From: a virus
Taxonomy: Duplodnaviria; Caudoviricetes
Virus record (IMG/VR): IMGVR_UViG_3300050156_000143
Coordinates: 213,517 to 277,516 of that record
Direction: 5' to 3' (one strand)
DNA: 64,000 nt
The position numbers and the translations under genes are program-made. The notes under the pieces are model-generated. The model ran no database searches. It had not been told where the DNA came from and saw nothing but the letters and a program-made list of their open reading frames with translations. Shown in pieces: positions 47,201 through 55,401 of the stretch (position 1 is its first letter; each line of letters starts with the position of its first letter).

Positions 47201-47844
47201 TATTTTACCCAGCAGGCATCACGAGTGACTTGTCTGGCAACACAGTGGTAGTACCGGCCTCCCACATGATGTTGCGCACTTTCCTTCGTAACGACCAAGT
47301 GGCATATCCTTGGTTTGCTGCTGCTGGTGAGCGCCGTGGCACTATCGATAACGCCGATAATATTGGCTACATTGATGGCGCGTCTGGTGAATTTGTGGTG
47401 GTCAAAAACAGTGTGGCTGTACGGGATGTGTTGGACGGCCTGTTCATCAATGCCCTGACATATTTCACTGGTGTGGGACTGTTGAACTATGGCAATCTAT
47501 CGTCCAAAGCAACTTCCAGTGCAATGGAGAGCACCAACGTTGTTCGTCTGACTGCCTATGTTCGATACAAGTTGCAAACCGGTCTTCGCAATTTCGTGTA
47601 TGAACAAAATGATTCCATCACTCGTCGAGAAATTTCTGGCAGAGTGGAATCACTAATGTTAGACATTGCTGCAAAACGTGGTATCTACGATTTTGCAATA
47701 CTATGCGATGAGTCTAATAACACCCCAGCTCGCATTGATCGCAAAGAGATTTGGGTAGATGTGGCGATTGAGCCAACACGTTCTGGTGAGAAAATTTATG
47801 TGCCAGTCCGGTTACTCAACACTGGGGCCATTTCTGGCAAATAA
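44248..47844 (+). CDS. contractile tail sheath protein (T4 gp18-like), unusually long
   Basis: L.S.GVEV.I.DES.Y, TSQ..L...FG.P, APGYPE, YPW.A.AG..RG, NTPARID...WVD.AIEP.RS.E.IYVP. Confidence 0.92.
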   Translation: MALNSAGVEVTITDESQYISSTATSIPLVVIATASNKANSAGTDIASGTLAANANKLYQVTSQRDLVTIFGNPTFYQTSSGTSIHGHELNEYGLMAAYSALGVTNRCYLLRSDIDLSALEASVSRPSSSVPVNTVWLDAAKTKWGIRAMNEKGKFTSVTPIVITSADDVYNGVPLASIGNIGDYAVVAQYSAALPTVASSYFIKSKDNVWVPVGSKAHQGNSFTAISNLSPSSLSPGDVITFVTSSGNTILVTVPTHSGYVTSPLDALIDLAAAINAEDSPELSATVGSDGKLRIYATVNPTVAQPIPYIQISATGTVLTSLSLRVNTNGDYGVTNGQATGVTKFYTPFVGFGRSAEGDRWTSGQSLRHPAGSVWIGTEASANDNLAVVASKMSSTGEFVAATVYTATSDYDATGLIDSAGGKNIPVGTMFAQVNYHGQIRTGNVTLHQRYATGSAVYVASKPPVVTDESILKVRVSIPNSRALSSEYTVDVVGTTANAFVASWAAQNIPNTKAEIKNGVIILTHTAGGEIVLSDNTTGTSTGVISNLGFADAVLSKSGPLIEFTTTAVAQTSTTGSGTAATFNITARGTEYLINGITAGGTGHAVGDEITINGASLFGVSITNNLVLKVETVSSGAIVGVSIVSGVARAGYTTMLSNWKKVTYIADVDTPVADPVNDTYWYYSAPDEVDIMVNVNGTWTGYANAGYGADGLYSEDAVVGATDPTGPIVAASAPTEQSDGTDLVYGDLWIDSSDLENYPVIYRWAQDANLTDAWVKINTADQIGQSGILFADVRWAPDDSTDPINDVVPAIADLLVSDYVDIDAVDGDLHPSSMLLFNTRRSGYNVKKFKKNYFSMTNFPDMVLPTQKSTWVSASGLREDGVMYAGRKAQRAIIVEALKATVATNEQIREEDTFFNLIAAPGYPELHSAMVTLNNDRTNTAYILGDAPLRLANQATVLTNWGNNVNSAVSTGEDGMTTRDEYLGVFYPAGITSDLSGNTVVVPASHMMLRTFLRNDQVAYPWFAAAGERRGTIDNADNIGYIDGASGEFVVVKNSVAVRDVLDGLFINALTYFTGVGLLNYGNLSSKATSSAMESTNVVRLTAYVRYKLQTGLRNFVYEQNDSITRREISGRVESLMLDIAAKRGIYDFAILCDESNNTPARIDRKEIWVDVAIEPTRSGEKIYVPVRLLNTGAISGK

Positions 47845-47867
47845 TTTGAGTTCAACGTGTCACACAA

Positions 47868-47890
47868 GGGGCTTCGGCCCCTTTTTTCAT
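47868..47890 (+). terminator. Rho-independent terminator
   Basis: GGGGC-TTCG-GCCCC-T6, identical to 716-738. Confidence 0.85.
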
Positions 47891-47898
47891 GGGCATTG

Positions 47899-47907
47899 TG
47901 TTATAGT
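47899..47907 (+). promoter_or_regulatory. extended -10 promoter
   Basis: TG-T-TATAGT upstream of the inserted accessory cassette. Confidence 0.5.
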
Positions 47908-47938
47908 GGGACTTTACTGCTTTTGTGAGAGGAACTTT

Positions 47939-48295
47939 GTGAAAAGAACATTCGACGACGCACCAGATGTGACATTATCTTCTCCATTGTGTGGAAATGA
48001 GTGGCACTTATATAAACACCTGTCTTCCCCAAATACACAAAACCGTTCCCTCACCTTGGGGAAAACTGCAACCCAACTTCAGGGAACAGTGATGTTTGAT
48101 CACTTCGCCTCAATTTCCAACCAATATAATGTGCTCGATGATATGGTTAAACGCGGCGAACAGGTTCGGCCCGAATATGTTGCCAACTTGATCACAACGA
48201 TTGATGACGCATCGTTGATGGCCAAACTGCCCGAAACGTTGATGTTGCGAATTGTGCGACTGTGGGTTACAGATTTTCAACCAATGGAGAAATGA
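47939..48295 (+). CDS. hypothetical protein
   Basis: GAGAGGA RBS before GTG 47939. Confidence 0.55.
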   Translation: MKRTFDDAPDVTLSSPLCGNEWHLYKHLSSPNTQNRSLTLGKTATQLQGTVMFDHFASISNQYNVLDDMVKRGEQVRPEYVANLITTIDDASLMAKLPETLMLRIVRLWVTDFQPMEK

Positions 48296-48609
48296 TGGAT
48301 ACTTTTACTATATTGTTTCCTGCAAGTGGGTTTAGCGCAGACTTCTCGCTACGAGAACCAGCATTATATTGTCCCGAAACTGACATATTGACTGTGAAGA
48401 TACAACCTTCCAATTTGTCGGTTCTTTCGACAATGATTGGCGAATTGGTTCAACGACAAATTCGGTATCTGAGTGATCCTTCGGTTGAATATAAGTTCTC
48501 CGTTGTTATTGATGGGCAGGAATTCAGTGGATGTTTTATCAAATCTTGTGATTACGGTGATAACACGGTGGAATTCAAGGTTGCCCCAACGTGTAAGGAC
48601 GTGAAATGA
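48292..48609 (+). CDS. hypothetical protein
   Basis: GGAG RBS; FSGCFIKSCDYGD motif. Confidence 0.6.
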   Translation: MMDTFTILFPASGFSADFSLREPALYCPETDILTVKIQPSNLSVLSTMIGELVQRQIRYLSDPSVEYKFSVVIDGQEFSGCFIKSCDYGDNTVEFKVAPTCKDVK

Positions 48610-48836
48610 CTACTGTATTAAAACAGGGTGACCGAGTTGTGGTAACCCGGCCTTCAGATTATTTGAATTACATTTCTAAGCGGGTCACTGGACAAATCGG
48701 CGTTGTTGATCGAATTTGCCTTGGGCAAATTTTCGGGGACTACGCTTTTGTCACGTTTCCAGCAAAATCGTCACGTGGAAAACCGTTTACCCATCGTTTT
48801 AGCCCAAGTGCGTTGACGGTGGTTTCTGAGGAATAG
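48606..48836 (+). CDS. small SH3/KOW-like protein
   Basis: LKQGDRVVV...GQIGVV...FVTF. Confidence 0.6.
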   Translation: MTTVLKQGDRVVVTRPSDYLNYISKRVTGQIGVVDRICLGQIFGDYAFVTFPAKSSRGKPFTHRFSPSALTVVSEE

Positions 48837-48837
48837 C

Positions 48838-49332
48838 ATGCAGAAATACGAATTGACTGAGATAACGAAAATTGTGGATGGCACGTTAGTGCATCGAATC
48901 AGAGCATTACACAGTTTTAGAAATGGCGTTAACTGTGGAGACCTAGGTGGATGGGTCGAATCCGATGCAAATTTGTCCCAAGATGGGGTATGTTGGGTAT
49001 ACGATAATGCAATCGTGACGGGACAGGCGGTGGTGCATGGTTCAGCTAAAGTAATGAATGATGCAATCTGTTTCGGAAACGGGACGATTTCCGGCTGGTC
49101 TCGGGTGAGTGGTGCATGCTGCGTCGGCGGCAATTATCGAATCGATGATATGTCAGCGATAGTTGGAAAATGTGACATATTAGGAAACCCGGTTGTGATA
49201 ACTGGTATATCAATGTTGGCCAATACATTAACCATTCGAGGCGATGTTCGTATTGCCAACAGTCATCTTTTCGGGAATGCGAAAATAGCGGATCAGCGGT
49301 TTGATTCACGATGGGAACGGATGGATGAATGA
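48838..49332 (+). CDS. left-handed beta-helix (hexapeptide repeat) phage protein
   Basis: KYEL..RIRAL..F..V..GDLGGWVE...NLSQ.G..WVYDNA followed by hexapeptide repeats. Confidence 0.8.
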   Translation: MQKYELTEITKIVDGTLVHRIRALHSFRNGVNCGDLGGWVESDANLSQDGVCWVYDNAIVTGQAVVHGSAKVMNDAICFGNGTISGWSRVSGACCVGGNYRIDDMSAIVGKCDILGNPVVITGISMLANTLTIRGDVRIANSHLFGNAKIADQRFDSRWERMDE

Positions 49333-49681
49333 CTTATTGGGAAACATGCACTTGGGCGGGTTGGTGCAGCAAAGCAGATTGGTTCCACTTTTTGGCCCAC
49401 CGCATTTCACCGGATACAAGACGTGTCTAGCCACAGTCTCTGGGATATCACAGCCTATATCATGCGTTTACCACACTGCAACCAACACTGGATTCAAGTT
49501 GTCGGCGTTTTGGTCAACGGCGTCAACTATTAAATGGGCGACAAATCCGAAGACATCGGTGGTGATGCAGATTGCATTTATTGATGACTCGGTGTTAGTA
49601 CCACCAAACGAATGTGTTTTGGTGGATTTTATGGACGTAGCAAGTGGGATTGTCACGTTTGTTTATGAATTTGTATCATGA
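49325..49681 (+). CDS. hypothetical protein
   Basis: Packed ORF. Confidence 0.5.
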   Translation: MNDLLGNMHLGGLVQQSRLVPLFGPPHFTGYKTCLATVSGISQPISCVYHTATNTGFKLSAFWSTASTIKWATNPKTSVVMQIAFIDDSVLVPPNECVLVDFMDVASGIVTFVYEFVS

Positions 49682-49693
49682 TTGGGGGGAGTG

Positions 49694-50182
49694 ATGGAAA
49701 CGTTTTATTGGATAAAACCCGATGGGTCGAAAGTTGAACTGACGGGACAGATGGTGTCAACCAGTGCAACACGGGAAACTAGGATTGAATTGCTATTTCC
49801 AGACACTACTGTTAATCACCAGTGGTTAGTGGATATACAAAGTTTCCCAGCCAAACACGAGCATCTCTTCTCGATCCCCGATAAGTGGTTTGGAAACTGG
49901 GTCAGTTCATCAATCATTGGACACAGCGAATTGACTGGGAGTTATGTTAGTGTAATTCAAAGTTGTGACTGGCCGAAGACCATAGTATTGGAGGGGTTTG
50001 ACACAGTATTTGGCGGTATGCGCCCAAAACTTTGCGGAACAGACTGCCCAATATGTGGCACCGGGTTGCATCGAGTGAACAGTATCACATATTACACCAA
50101 CCCACCATCGTTTCACGCATCATGCGATCAATGTGGGCACTGGGGTGTTATAAACATAACATCTAAGCCGAATAACTTTTAA
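49694..50182 (+). CDS. hypothetical protein with C-terminal Zn ribbon
   Basis: CPICG...CDQCG; GGAG RBS. Confidence 0.6.
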   Translation: METFYWIKPDGSKVELTGQMVSTSATRETRIELLFPDTTVNHQWLVDIQSFPAKHEHLFSIPDKWFGNWVSSSIIGHSELTGSYVSVIQSCDWPKTIVLEGFDTVFGGMRPKLCGTDCPICGTGLHRVNSITYYTNPPSFHASCDQCGHWGVINITSKPNNF

Positions 50183-50193
50183 GGAATTTTTAT

Positions 50194-50757
50194 ATGTTAC
50201 CGTATACGTCTACCAAATTAACAAATCTCGAAGTTTATAACGAGTTCACTGTTGACACCGGGTCATACACAGTTGTGTTCCCAATTTCAACTGGATTCGG
50301 AACCGGGTTGTTGGAAGTTGAGGCAGTTGTTAGCCCGGCGTCGATAACCGGTGAAGTCGAAATGTCCGTCGAACTGAGAGCGCCATTAGTGCCGCGAAGT
50401 AGTCTTGTGTCAAACTCCGTGCTACCCGTGATACGAACAATTGCGATCAAAGATGGGTCAACCGTATTTCATTTTGACGGAGTTACAGTGACCAGCGTCC
50501 GATACCATGACGCCCACTTGCAACAATTTGACTTCACGTTTCGATCAGCGATCAAGGTGTGCGAAACGGTGATACAATCGGCTCATGAATTTGGTGTGAA
50601 CCAGCTTCCAACTGTAACTAGCGACGCATTTCCCACCCCGGAGGAACGGTTGTATTCAGAACTGATACAATACGTTTGCTCGATTTCCCCCAGCCTACCG
50701 TTGCCCGGTACATTCAACCTGTTGGCAACCTTGCAACAGACCTTACAAGGAAAGTGA
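50194..50757 (+). CDS. hypothetical protein
   Basis: AAGGA RBS; partly similar to 48292-48609. Confidence 0.6.
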   Translation: MLPYTSTKLTNLEVYNEFTVDTGSYTVVFPISTGFGTGLLEVEAVVSPASITGEVEMSVELRAPLVPRSSLVSNSVLPVIRTIAIKDGSTVFHFDGVTVTSVRYHDAHLQQFDFTFRSAIKVCETVIQSAHEFGVNQLPTVTSDAFPTPEERLYSELIQYVCSISPSLPLPGTFNLLATLQQTLQGK

Positions 50758-50758
50758 T

Positions 50759-51499
50759 ATGAAAATTGAAGAAAGTGTGTTGGCTGTATTGAGCCAATCT
50801 GAAATAACTGGCAATCAGCTCGTGTTGGTCGGCCAACTTGATCGAAAACTGTATGAGCGCACCAACAAAGTGTTAGAGGCCGCTGGCGGCAAATGGAACC
50901 GAAAGTTGAAGGCGCACGTGTTTCCAACTGACGCATCCATTCGGCTTGAACAAATTCTGGTAACGGGCGAAGTTGACATCCCAAAAGATGAATTCAATTA
51001 TTTTCCGACACCTGCTGGCTTGGTAGAAAATCTGATGTCACAACTTGACATCCACGCTGGCACCAAGGTGTTGGAACCCAGTGCTGGCAAGGGAGCAATC
51101 GCGTTAAAGTGTGCAGAATTGGGCGCGCTGGTGGATTGTTACGAATTAATGCAAGATAACTATGACACACTATGCTCGTTCAGTTCTCTATATAAAGTGA
51201 GTAAGGCCGATTTTCTCAGTGTGGAACCCAGTCCTGAGTATGATTTTGTGGTCATGAATCCGCCGTTTTTTGGGCAAGCTGACATCAAGCATGTGATGCA
51301 CGCTTTCAAGTTTTTGAAACCGGGTGGAACATTGGTTTCCATCATGTCGAATGGAGTCTCGTTCCGAACTAACCGATTGACTACACAATTCCGAGAATTT
51401 GTGTACGATCATGGTGGAGTCATTGATCCTCTCCCAGATAATTCGTTCAAGGAATCTGGAACTTTGGTCAATACCGTTGTGGTGACTATTCACAACTAA
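50759..51499 (+). CDS. SAM-dependent amino-methyltransferase (N6-adenine DNA MTase-like)
   Basis: YFPTP, VLEPSAG.G (motif I), MNPPF (motif IV), LKPGG.LV.I. Confidence 0.88.
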   Translation: MKIEESVLAVLSQSEITGNQLVLVGQLDRKLYERTNKVLEAAGGKWNRKLKAHVFPTDASIRLEQILVTGEVDIPKDEFNYFPTPAGLVENLMSQLDIHAGTKVLEPSAGKGAIALKCAELGALVDCYELMQDNYDTLCSFSSLYKVSKADFLSVEPSPEYDFVVMNPPFFGQADIKHVMHAFKFLKPGGTLVSIMSNGVSFRTNRLTTQFREFVYDHGGVIDPLPDNSFKESGTLVNTVVVTIHN

Positions 51500-51523
51500 A
51501 AAACGCAAGCACTTCATGTTAAT

Positions 51524-51545
51524 CCACCTTCGGGTGGCTTTTTTG
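51524..51545 (+). terminator. Rho-independent terminator
   Basis: CCACC-TTCG-GGTGG-C followed by T6. Confidence 0.8.
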
Positions 51546-51605
51546 TGCCCATCGTAAAGTTGCCCAGGTTCACTAAATACTATATCAAATTTAGGAGAAC
51601 TGATT

Positions 51606-52235
51606 ATGGCAACCGCATCACAATCACTGTTTAATATCACAGTGCCAGCGGATAGTACGCAATCGTCGCAAGGGCTATTGATGCCAAAATTGCAATACCG
51701 GTTTCGTGCATTGTTTTTGAATTTTGGAGTAAATGGCAACACCACTGAAATCACCAAGCAGGTGATGGACATTAAACGACCCAGCTTGTCGTTTGACGAA
51801 ATCGGCCTAGACATTTACAACAGTAAGGTTTATATCCTTGGTAAACCACAATGGCAGGAAACTTCTGTTAATGTGCGAGACGATGCTGCTGGTAATGTGG
51901 CGAAACTCGTTGGACAACAAGTGCAAAAACAATTCGACTTCGTGGAACAAGCGTCTGCTGCCACGGGTCAAGATTATAAATTCCAGTTGACATATGAAGT
52001 ATTGGATGGCGGTAATGGCAACCTGACCCCCACCGTGCTCGAATCATGGGAATTGTATGGGTGCATGGTTAAATCAGTAGATTGGGGCGCCATGAATTAC
52101 GCCACCAATGAACCAGCCACTATTGCAATGACCATTCGTTTTGACAACGCGGTTCAGTCGCCATTGACCTCTGGTGTGGGCACAAGCGTGGGTCGTGCAT
52201 TTGGTGGCTCTACGGTCACGGGCATCGGTCAATAA
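51606..52235 (+). CDS. tail tube protein (T4 gp19-like)
   Basis: CTAAATA at 51573; AGGAG RBS; LMPKLQYRFR, GKPQW, DGGNG, W.L.GC, I.FDNA. Confidence 0.88.
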   Translation: MATASQSLFNITVPADSTQSSQGLLMPKLQYRFRALFLNFGVNGNTTEITKQVMDIKRPSLSFDEIGLDIYNSKVYILGKPQWQETSVNVRDDAAGNVAKLVGQQVQKQFDFVEQASAATGQDYKFQLTYEVLDGGNGNLTPTVLESWELYGCMVKSVDWGAMNYATNEPATIAMTIRFDNAVQSPLTSGVGTSVGRAFGGSTVTGIGQ

Positions 52236-52248
52236 TAGGAGATAAAAT

Positions 52249-53361
52249 ATGGGGTTTTTTGACAAGCTAGTTTCAGACACGGTTTCGGAGTTGAAGCGCA
52301 ATGCAAAAGACGCACTCAATGCGTTTATAACCCCAGATTATTTGAGGGATTACACACATGCTAGTAAAACGTTTACTACTAACATGTATGCACATGCCCC
52401 CAAGTATAAGTTCCTGTTTCACGTGTATTTTGAAATATCACCGTTAGTCCAATCTGCTAGCAATTCTGCACCCACAAATTATGGACTCATGGTGAAATCG
52501 GTTGAACTACCGTCTTTCGCGTTTTCAACACACGAGCTAAATCAATATAACCGAAAACGTATTACTCAGTCAAAAGTAAATTACAACCCGGTAAAGATTG
52601 CATTTCATGATGATAACGCCAATGAGATAAACAAACTTTGGCATGCGTATTATTCATATTACTACAAAGACCCACTCCAACTGGTGAAAGTTGCCACACA
52701 GTCGGCCAATAGCCAGGCGGGGCGTGACACCTACACTGATGCCAACGCTGGGAGTCACGATTGGGGCTATATTGGAGACACCACTAGCCGAGCATTTTCA
52801 GCAGTTTCTAAGCCACCGTTTTTTTCTAAAATAAAAATATATGGGTTTCACCAGCATAGTTTCATTGAATACACCTTGATAAACCCGGTGATAGAAAACT
52901 TTGCGCATGATACTTACAATTATGCGGAAGCAAACGGTGTTATGGAAGCGACCATGACCCTAAAGTATGAAACCGTAACATATAGTAACGGGGCGTTAAA
53001 CGGGAAAGACCCTGGTGCAACCGTGGCACGTTTTGGGGAATCTGAAACATACGATCAAACTTTGAGTCCAATTGCGAGGCCAGGTGCAAACGCTACTATT
53101 CTAGGGCAAGGTGGGTTGGTGGATGCAACGGGTAGTGTGGTATCGGATTTGTCTTCTGGAAATTACTTACGGGCATTACAAACGGTTGGCACCACTGCAA
53201 AGACATTTATCAATCCATCTAAAACTAAATCAGCATTTTCTGCTGATGCAAAAACCACCGTTTTGAACACTGTGTCTAGCACCCCCAACCGAAGCGGCAG
53301 TTTTTCATTTCCAACCCCCGATCTTTCATCGGTGAAAAAGTCTATTGCAAAAATACTGTAA
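52249..53361 (+). CDS. tail tube-like / baseplate tube-initiator protein
   Basis: VK.V.LP.F......NQYNRK, Y.PV...FHDD, YTL.NP.I....HD..Y; follows gp19. Confidence 0.7.
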   Translation: MGFFDKLVSDTVSELKRNAKDALNAFITPDYLRDYTHASKTFTTNMYAHAPKYKFLFHVYFEISPLVQSASNSAPTNYGLMVKSVELPSFAFSTHELNQYNRKRITQSKVNYNPVKIAFHDDNANEINKLWHAYYSYYYKDPLQLVKVATQSANSQAGRDTYTDANAGSHDWGYIGDTTSRAFSAVSKPPFFSKIKIYGFHQHSFIEYTLINPVIENFAHDTYNYAEANGVMEATMTLKYETVTYSNGALNGKDPGATVARFGESETYDQTLSPIARPGANATILGQGGLVDATGSVVSDLSSGNYLRALQTVGTTAKTFINPSKTKSAFSADAKTTVLNTVSSTPNRSGSFSFPTPDLSSVKKSIAKIL

Positions 53362-53368
53362 ATAGTCA

Positions 53369-53659
53369 ATGACCGATATAGTTAATTCAAATGAGTATGA
53401 CATTGTGTTGTCACATTTCAAGAGTCTGAAAAAGTCAGATGATGTGGCCAATACTTTCACCGGGTATTTGTTCACAGTGGCAAACATGACTGAGCAAAAT
53501 GTTCTAGACATTCTGGACTCGTTTAAGAAAACTCCCACGCAAGAAGCCATGACCATGCTTGCGTATTATTTGAATAGCAATCGTTCGCCCACATCATTGT
53601 ATGGAGTGGGAAAAATCCCAGTTCCTAACCAATATGTGCAAAGGAATGTGCTCGTATAA
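53369..53659 (+). CDS. conserved late hypothetical protein
   Basis: GTAAATA upstream; LN.NR.PTS..G motif. Confidence 0.65.
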   Translation: MTDIVNSNEYDIVLSHFKSLKKSDDVANTFTGYLFTVANMTEQNVLDILDSFKKTPTQEAMTMLAYYLNSNRSPTSLYGVGKIPVPNQYVQRNVLV

Positions 53660-54093
53660 TGGCGAACAAATTTGCCAAGGGTAAATTTAGTCCAAAAAAC
53701 CCTGAAAAATATATTGGAAAAAAGACTCCAATGTTTAGATCAGGGTGGGAAATGCAGATCATGATGTTTTTTGACAATAGTCCACACATCCTGAAATGGG
53801 CGAGTGAGTCCATCATTATTCAGTATTTTCACCCGTTTAAGAAACAGATTGCGTCGTACATTCCTGATTTTTTTGTCACATACCGAGACAAGGACTCTAA
53901 CATAAAGGCGGAACTGATAGAAGTCAAGCCATCATCGCAAACTAGCATACAAGAGGCTAAAAGCAAGTATGACAAACTGCAATGTGCAATCAATCAGGCA
54001 AAATGGACGGCAGCACGGGCATGGTGTGCAAAAAATAAAATCACGTTCAGAATCTTGAACGAAACCGACATCTTCAGAAATGGCAAAAAATGA
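53659..54093 (+). CDS. head completion nuclease (T4 gp4-like, TnsA-like fold)
   Basis: F.P.NP.KY.G, RS.WE, W.SE, Y.PDF, E.KP..QT, KW.AA..WC. Confidence 0.85.
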   Translation: MANKFAKGKFSPKNPEKYIGKKTPMFRSGWEMQIMMFFDNSPHILKWASESIIIQYFHPFKKQIASYIPDFFVTYRDKDSNIKAELIEVKPSSQTSIQEAKSKYDKLQCAINQAKWTAARAWCAKNKITFRILNETDIFRNGKK

Positions 54094-54569
54094 CAGACAA
54101 ATTGCGCAACTTCTTTAACATCCCCGATGATGAAAAGGTGGTTCAAATCAGGTCGGAAGAAAGTGTGACCAAACAGGTATTCGACGATGCTCAAGCAGCA
54201 TTGTCCAATATCGAACAAGCGTTGAGTGGTGTTGTTGACTTGGACGAATCTGATCAAGATATGGATGAAATCGCAACCTTGGCCACCACTAAGTTTGAGG
54301 AGATGGCAGATTTTGCGATGCAAGTTGATAGCAGATTTGCCGCCCCGTTGTTTGAGGTTGCTCAAAAACTTTTGGGGCACGCTTTGACTGCAAAGACAGC
54401 CAAGATGAATAAGAAATTGAAAATGCTGGATTTGCAGCTAAAGCAGTTAGCCATTGAGAAAAAGATGCCCAAAGAGCCACCTGAAGACGATGAATCCACG
54501 TTGCCGCAATCTTTTAAGACGATGGATCGCAATGAATTGCTCAGAGCAATTTCACCCAGAAAATCCTAA
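54090..54569 (+). CDS. possible terminase small subunit-like protein
   Basis: Helical; R....FEVA..LL and C-terminal DRNELL resemble the gp16 layout; position among head genes. Confidence 0.4.
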   Translation: MTDKLRNFFNIPDDEKVVQIRSEESVTKQVFDDAQAALSNIEQALSGVVDLDESDQDMDEIATLATTKFEEMADFAMQVDSRFAAPLFEVAQKLLGHALTAKTAKMNKKLKMLDLQLKQLAIEKKMPKEPPEDDESTLPQSFKTMDRNELLRAISPRKS

Positions 54570-54595
54570 ATAGCTCTAATAGGAAAAAACATACA

Positions 54596-55183
54596 ATGAA
54601 ACGTTTTGAGCAATATTTGACAGAAAGTCAGCGAAATTATCGATATACGATAAAAATCGCTGGTGAAGTTGACCAAAAGAAATTACAGGCATTTAGACGA
54701 GGGTTGGATAAATTTGACCCAGTGTCAATCACTGATGTGAAAAACACTCCAATTCAAGCCAGCCCAGCAGGGTTCGATCATTTAAAAAATGAATCTATCG
54801 GGGTGTTCAAGGTGGACTTCAAGTATCCCGCCACTGAACCACAAGTGCTTGAAATCGCCCGCCTAAATGGCCTGGACACCAATCGAATCCGAGTCATTGA
54901 TACAGAATATGATGACAGTGTTTCTCATACTGCGTCGCAAGTCGCACATCAATACGACAAAGGCCCATTGCTAACATCCGATTTCAATGATGATTCCGAT
55001 GGTAAAAAGGCGAGCAAATTGTATAGTGAACAATACCGTTCGTTGTTCCCACAGAAGTCAGATATTAAACTCACCGGCCCCAAAACAGTGGAAAACACTG
55101 TGTCAGTAAAAGAAGAACCTAAACACAGTCCATTGTCATCCGTGAGACTTCCAGCTAGACCAAAGACTGGGAGAACCAAATGA
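54596..55183 (+). CDS. putative internal head protein
   Basis: CTAAATA at 54566; MKRFEQYLTE resembles the T4 capsid-targeting sequence. Confidence 0.65.
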   Translation: MKRFEQYLTESQRNYRYTIKIAGEVDQKKLQAFRRGLDKFDPVSITDVKNTPIQASPAGFDHLKNESIGVFKVDFKYPATEPQVLEIARLNGLDTNRIRVIDTEYDDSVSHTASQVAHQYDKGPLLTSDFNDDSDGKKASKLYSEQYRSLFPQKSDIKLTGPKTVENTVSVKEEPKHSPLSSVRLPARPKTGRTK

Positions 55184-55401
55184 TAGACCTAACCACCAAA
55201 CAATTGAGCTGGGTTGTGGTAGCAGTGTTACCACTTGGGGGCACTGGCTACATGAGCATCAATGATGCCAATAAAAATATGAGCAAAGACATTGCAGTCA
55301 TTTCCACCAAAGTGGAATCTACTGAACGCAGACTGGACGCCATCATCGCGCAATTGGATAAAATTGACGCCAAACTTGAACAAAATCGGACTAAAAAATG
55401 A
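55180..55401 (+). CDS. single-TM coiled-coil protein
   Basis: One hydrophobic segment followed by a heptad stretch. Confidence 0.55.
   Translation: MIDLTTKQLSWVVVAVLPLGGTGYMSINDANKNMSKDIAVISTKVESTERRLDAIIAQLDKIDAKLEQNRTKK

Noticed and set aside
53659-54093. TnsA-like endonuclease as a transposon gene
   Set aside because: Motifs and position match the T4 gp4 head-completion protein; no transposon ends or TnsB/TnsC.
55180-55401. Holin call for the single-TM protein upstream of the GH19 lysin region
   Set aside because: It is not adjacent to the lysin and has no diagnostic holin features; left as a membrane protein.
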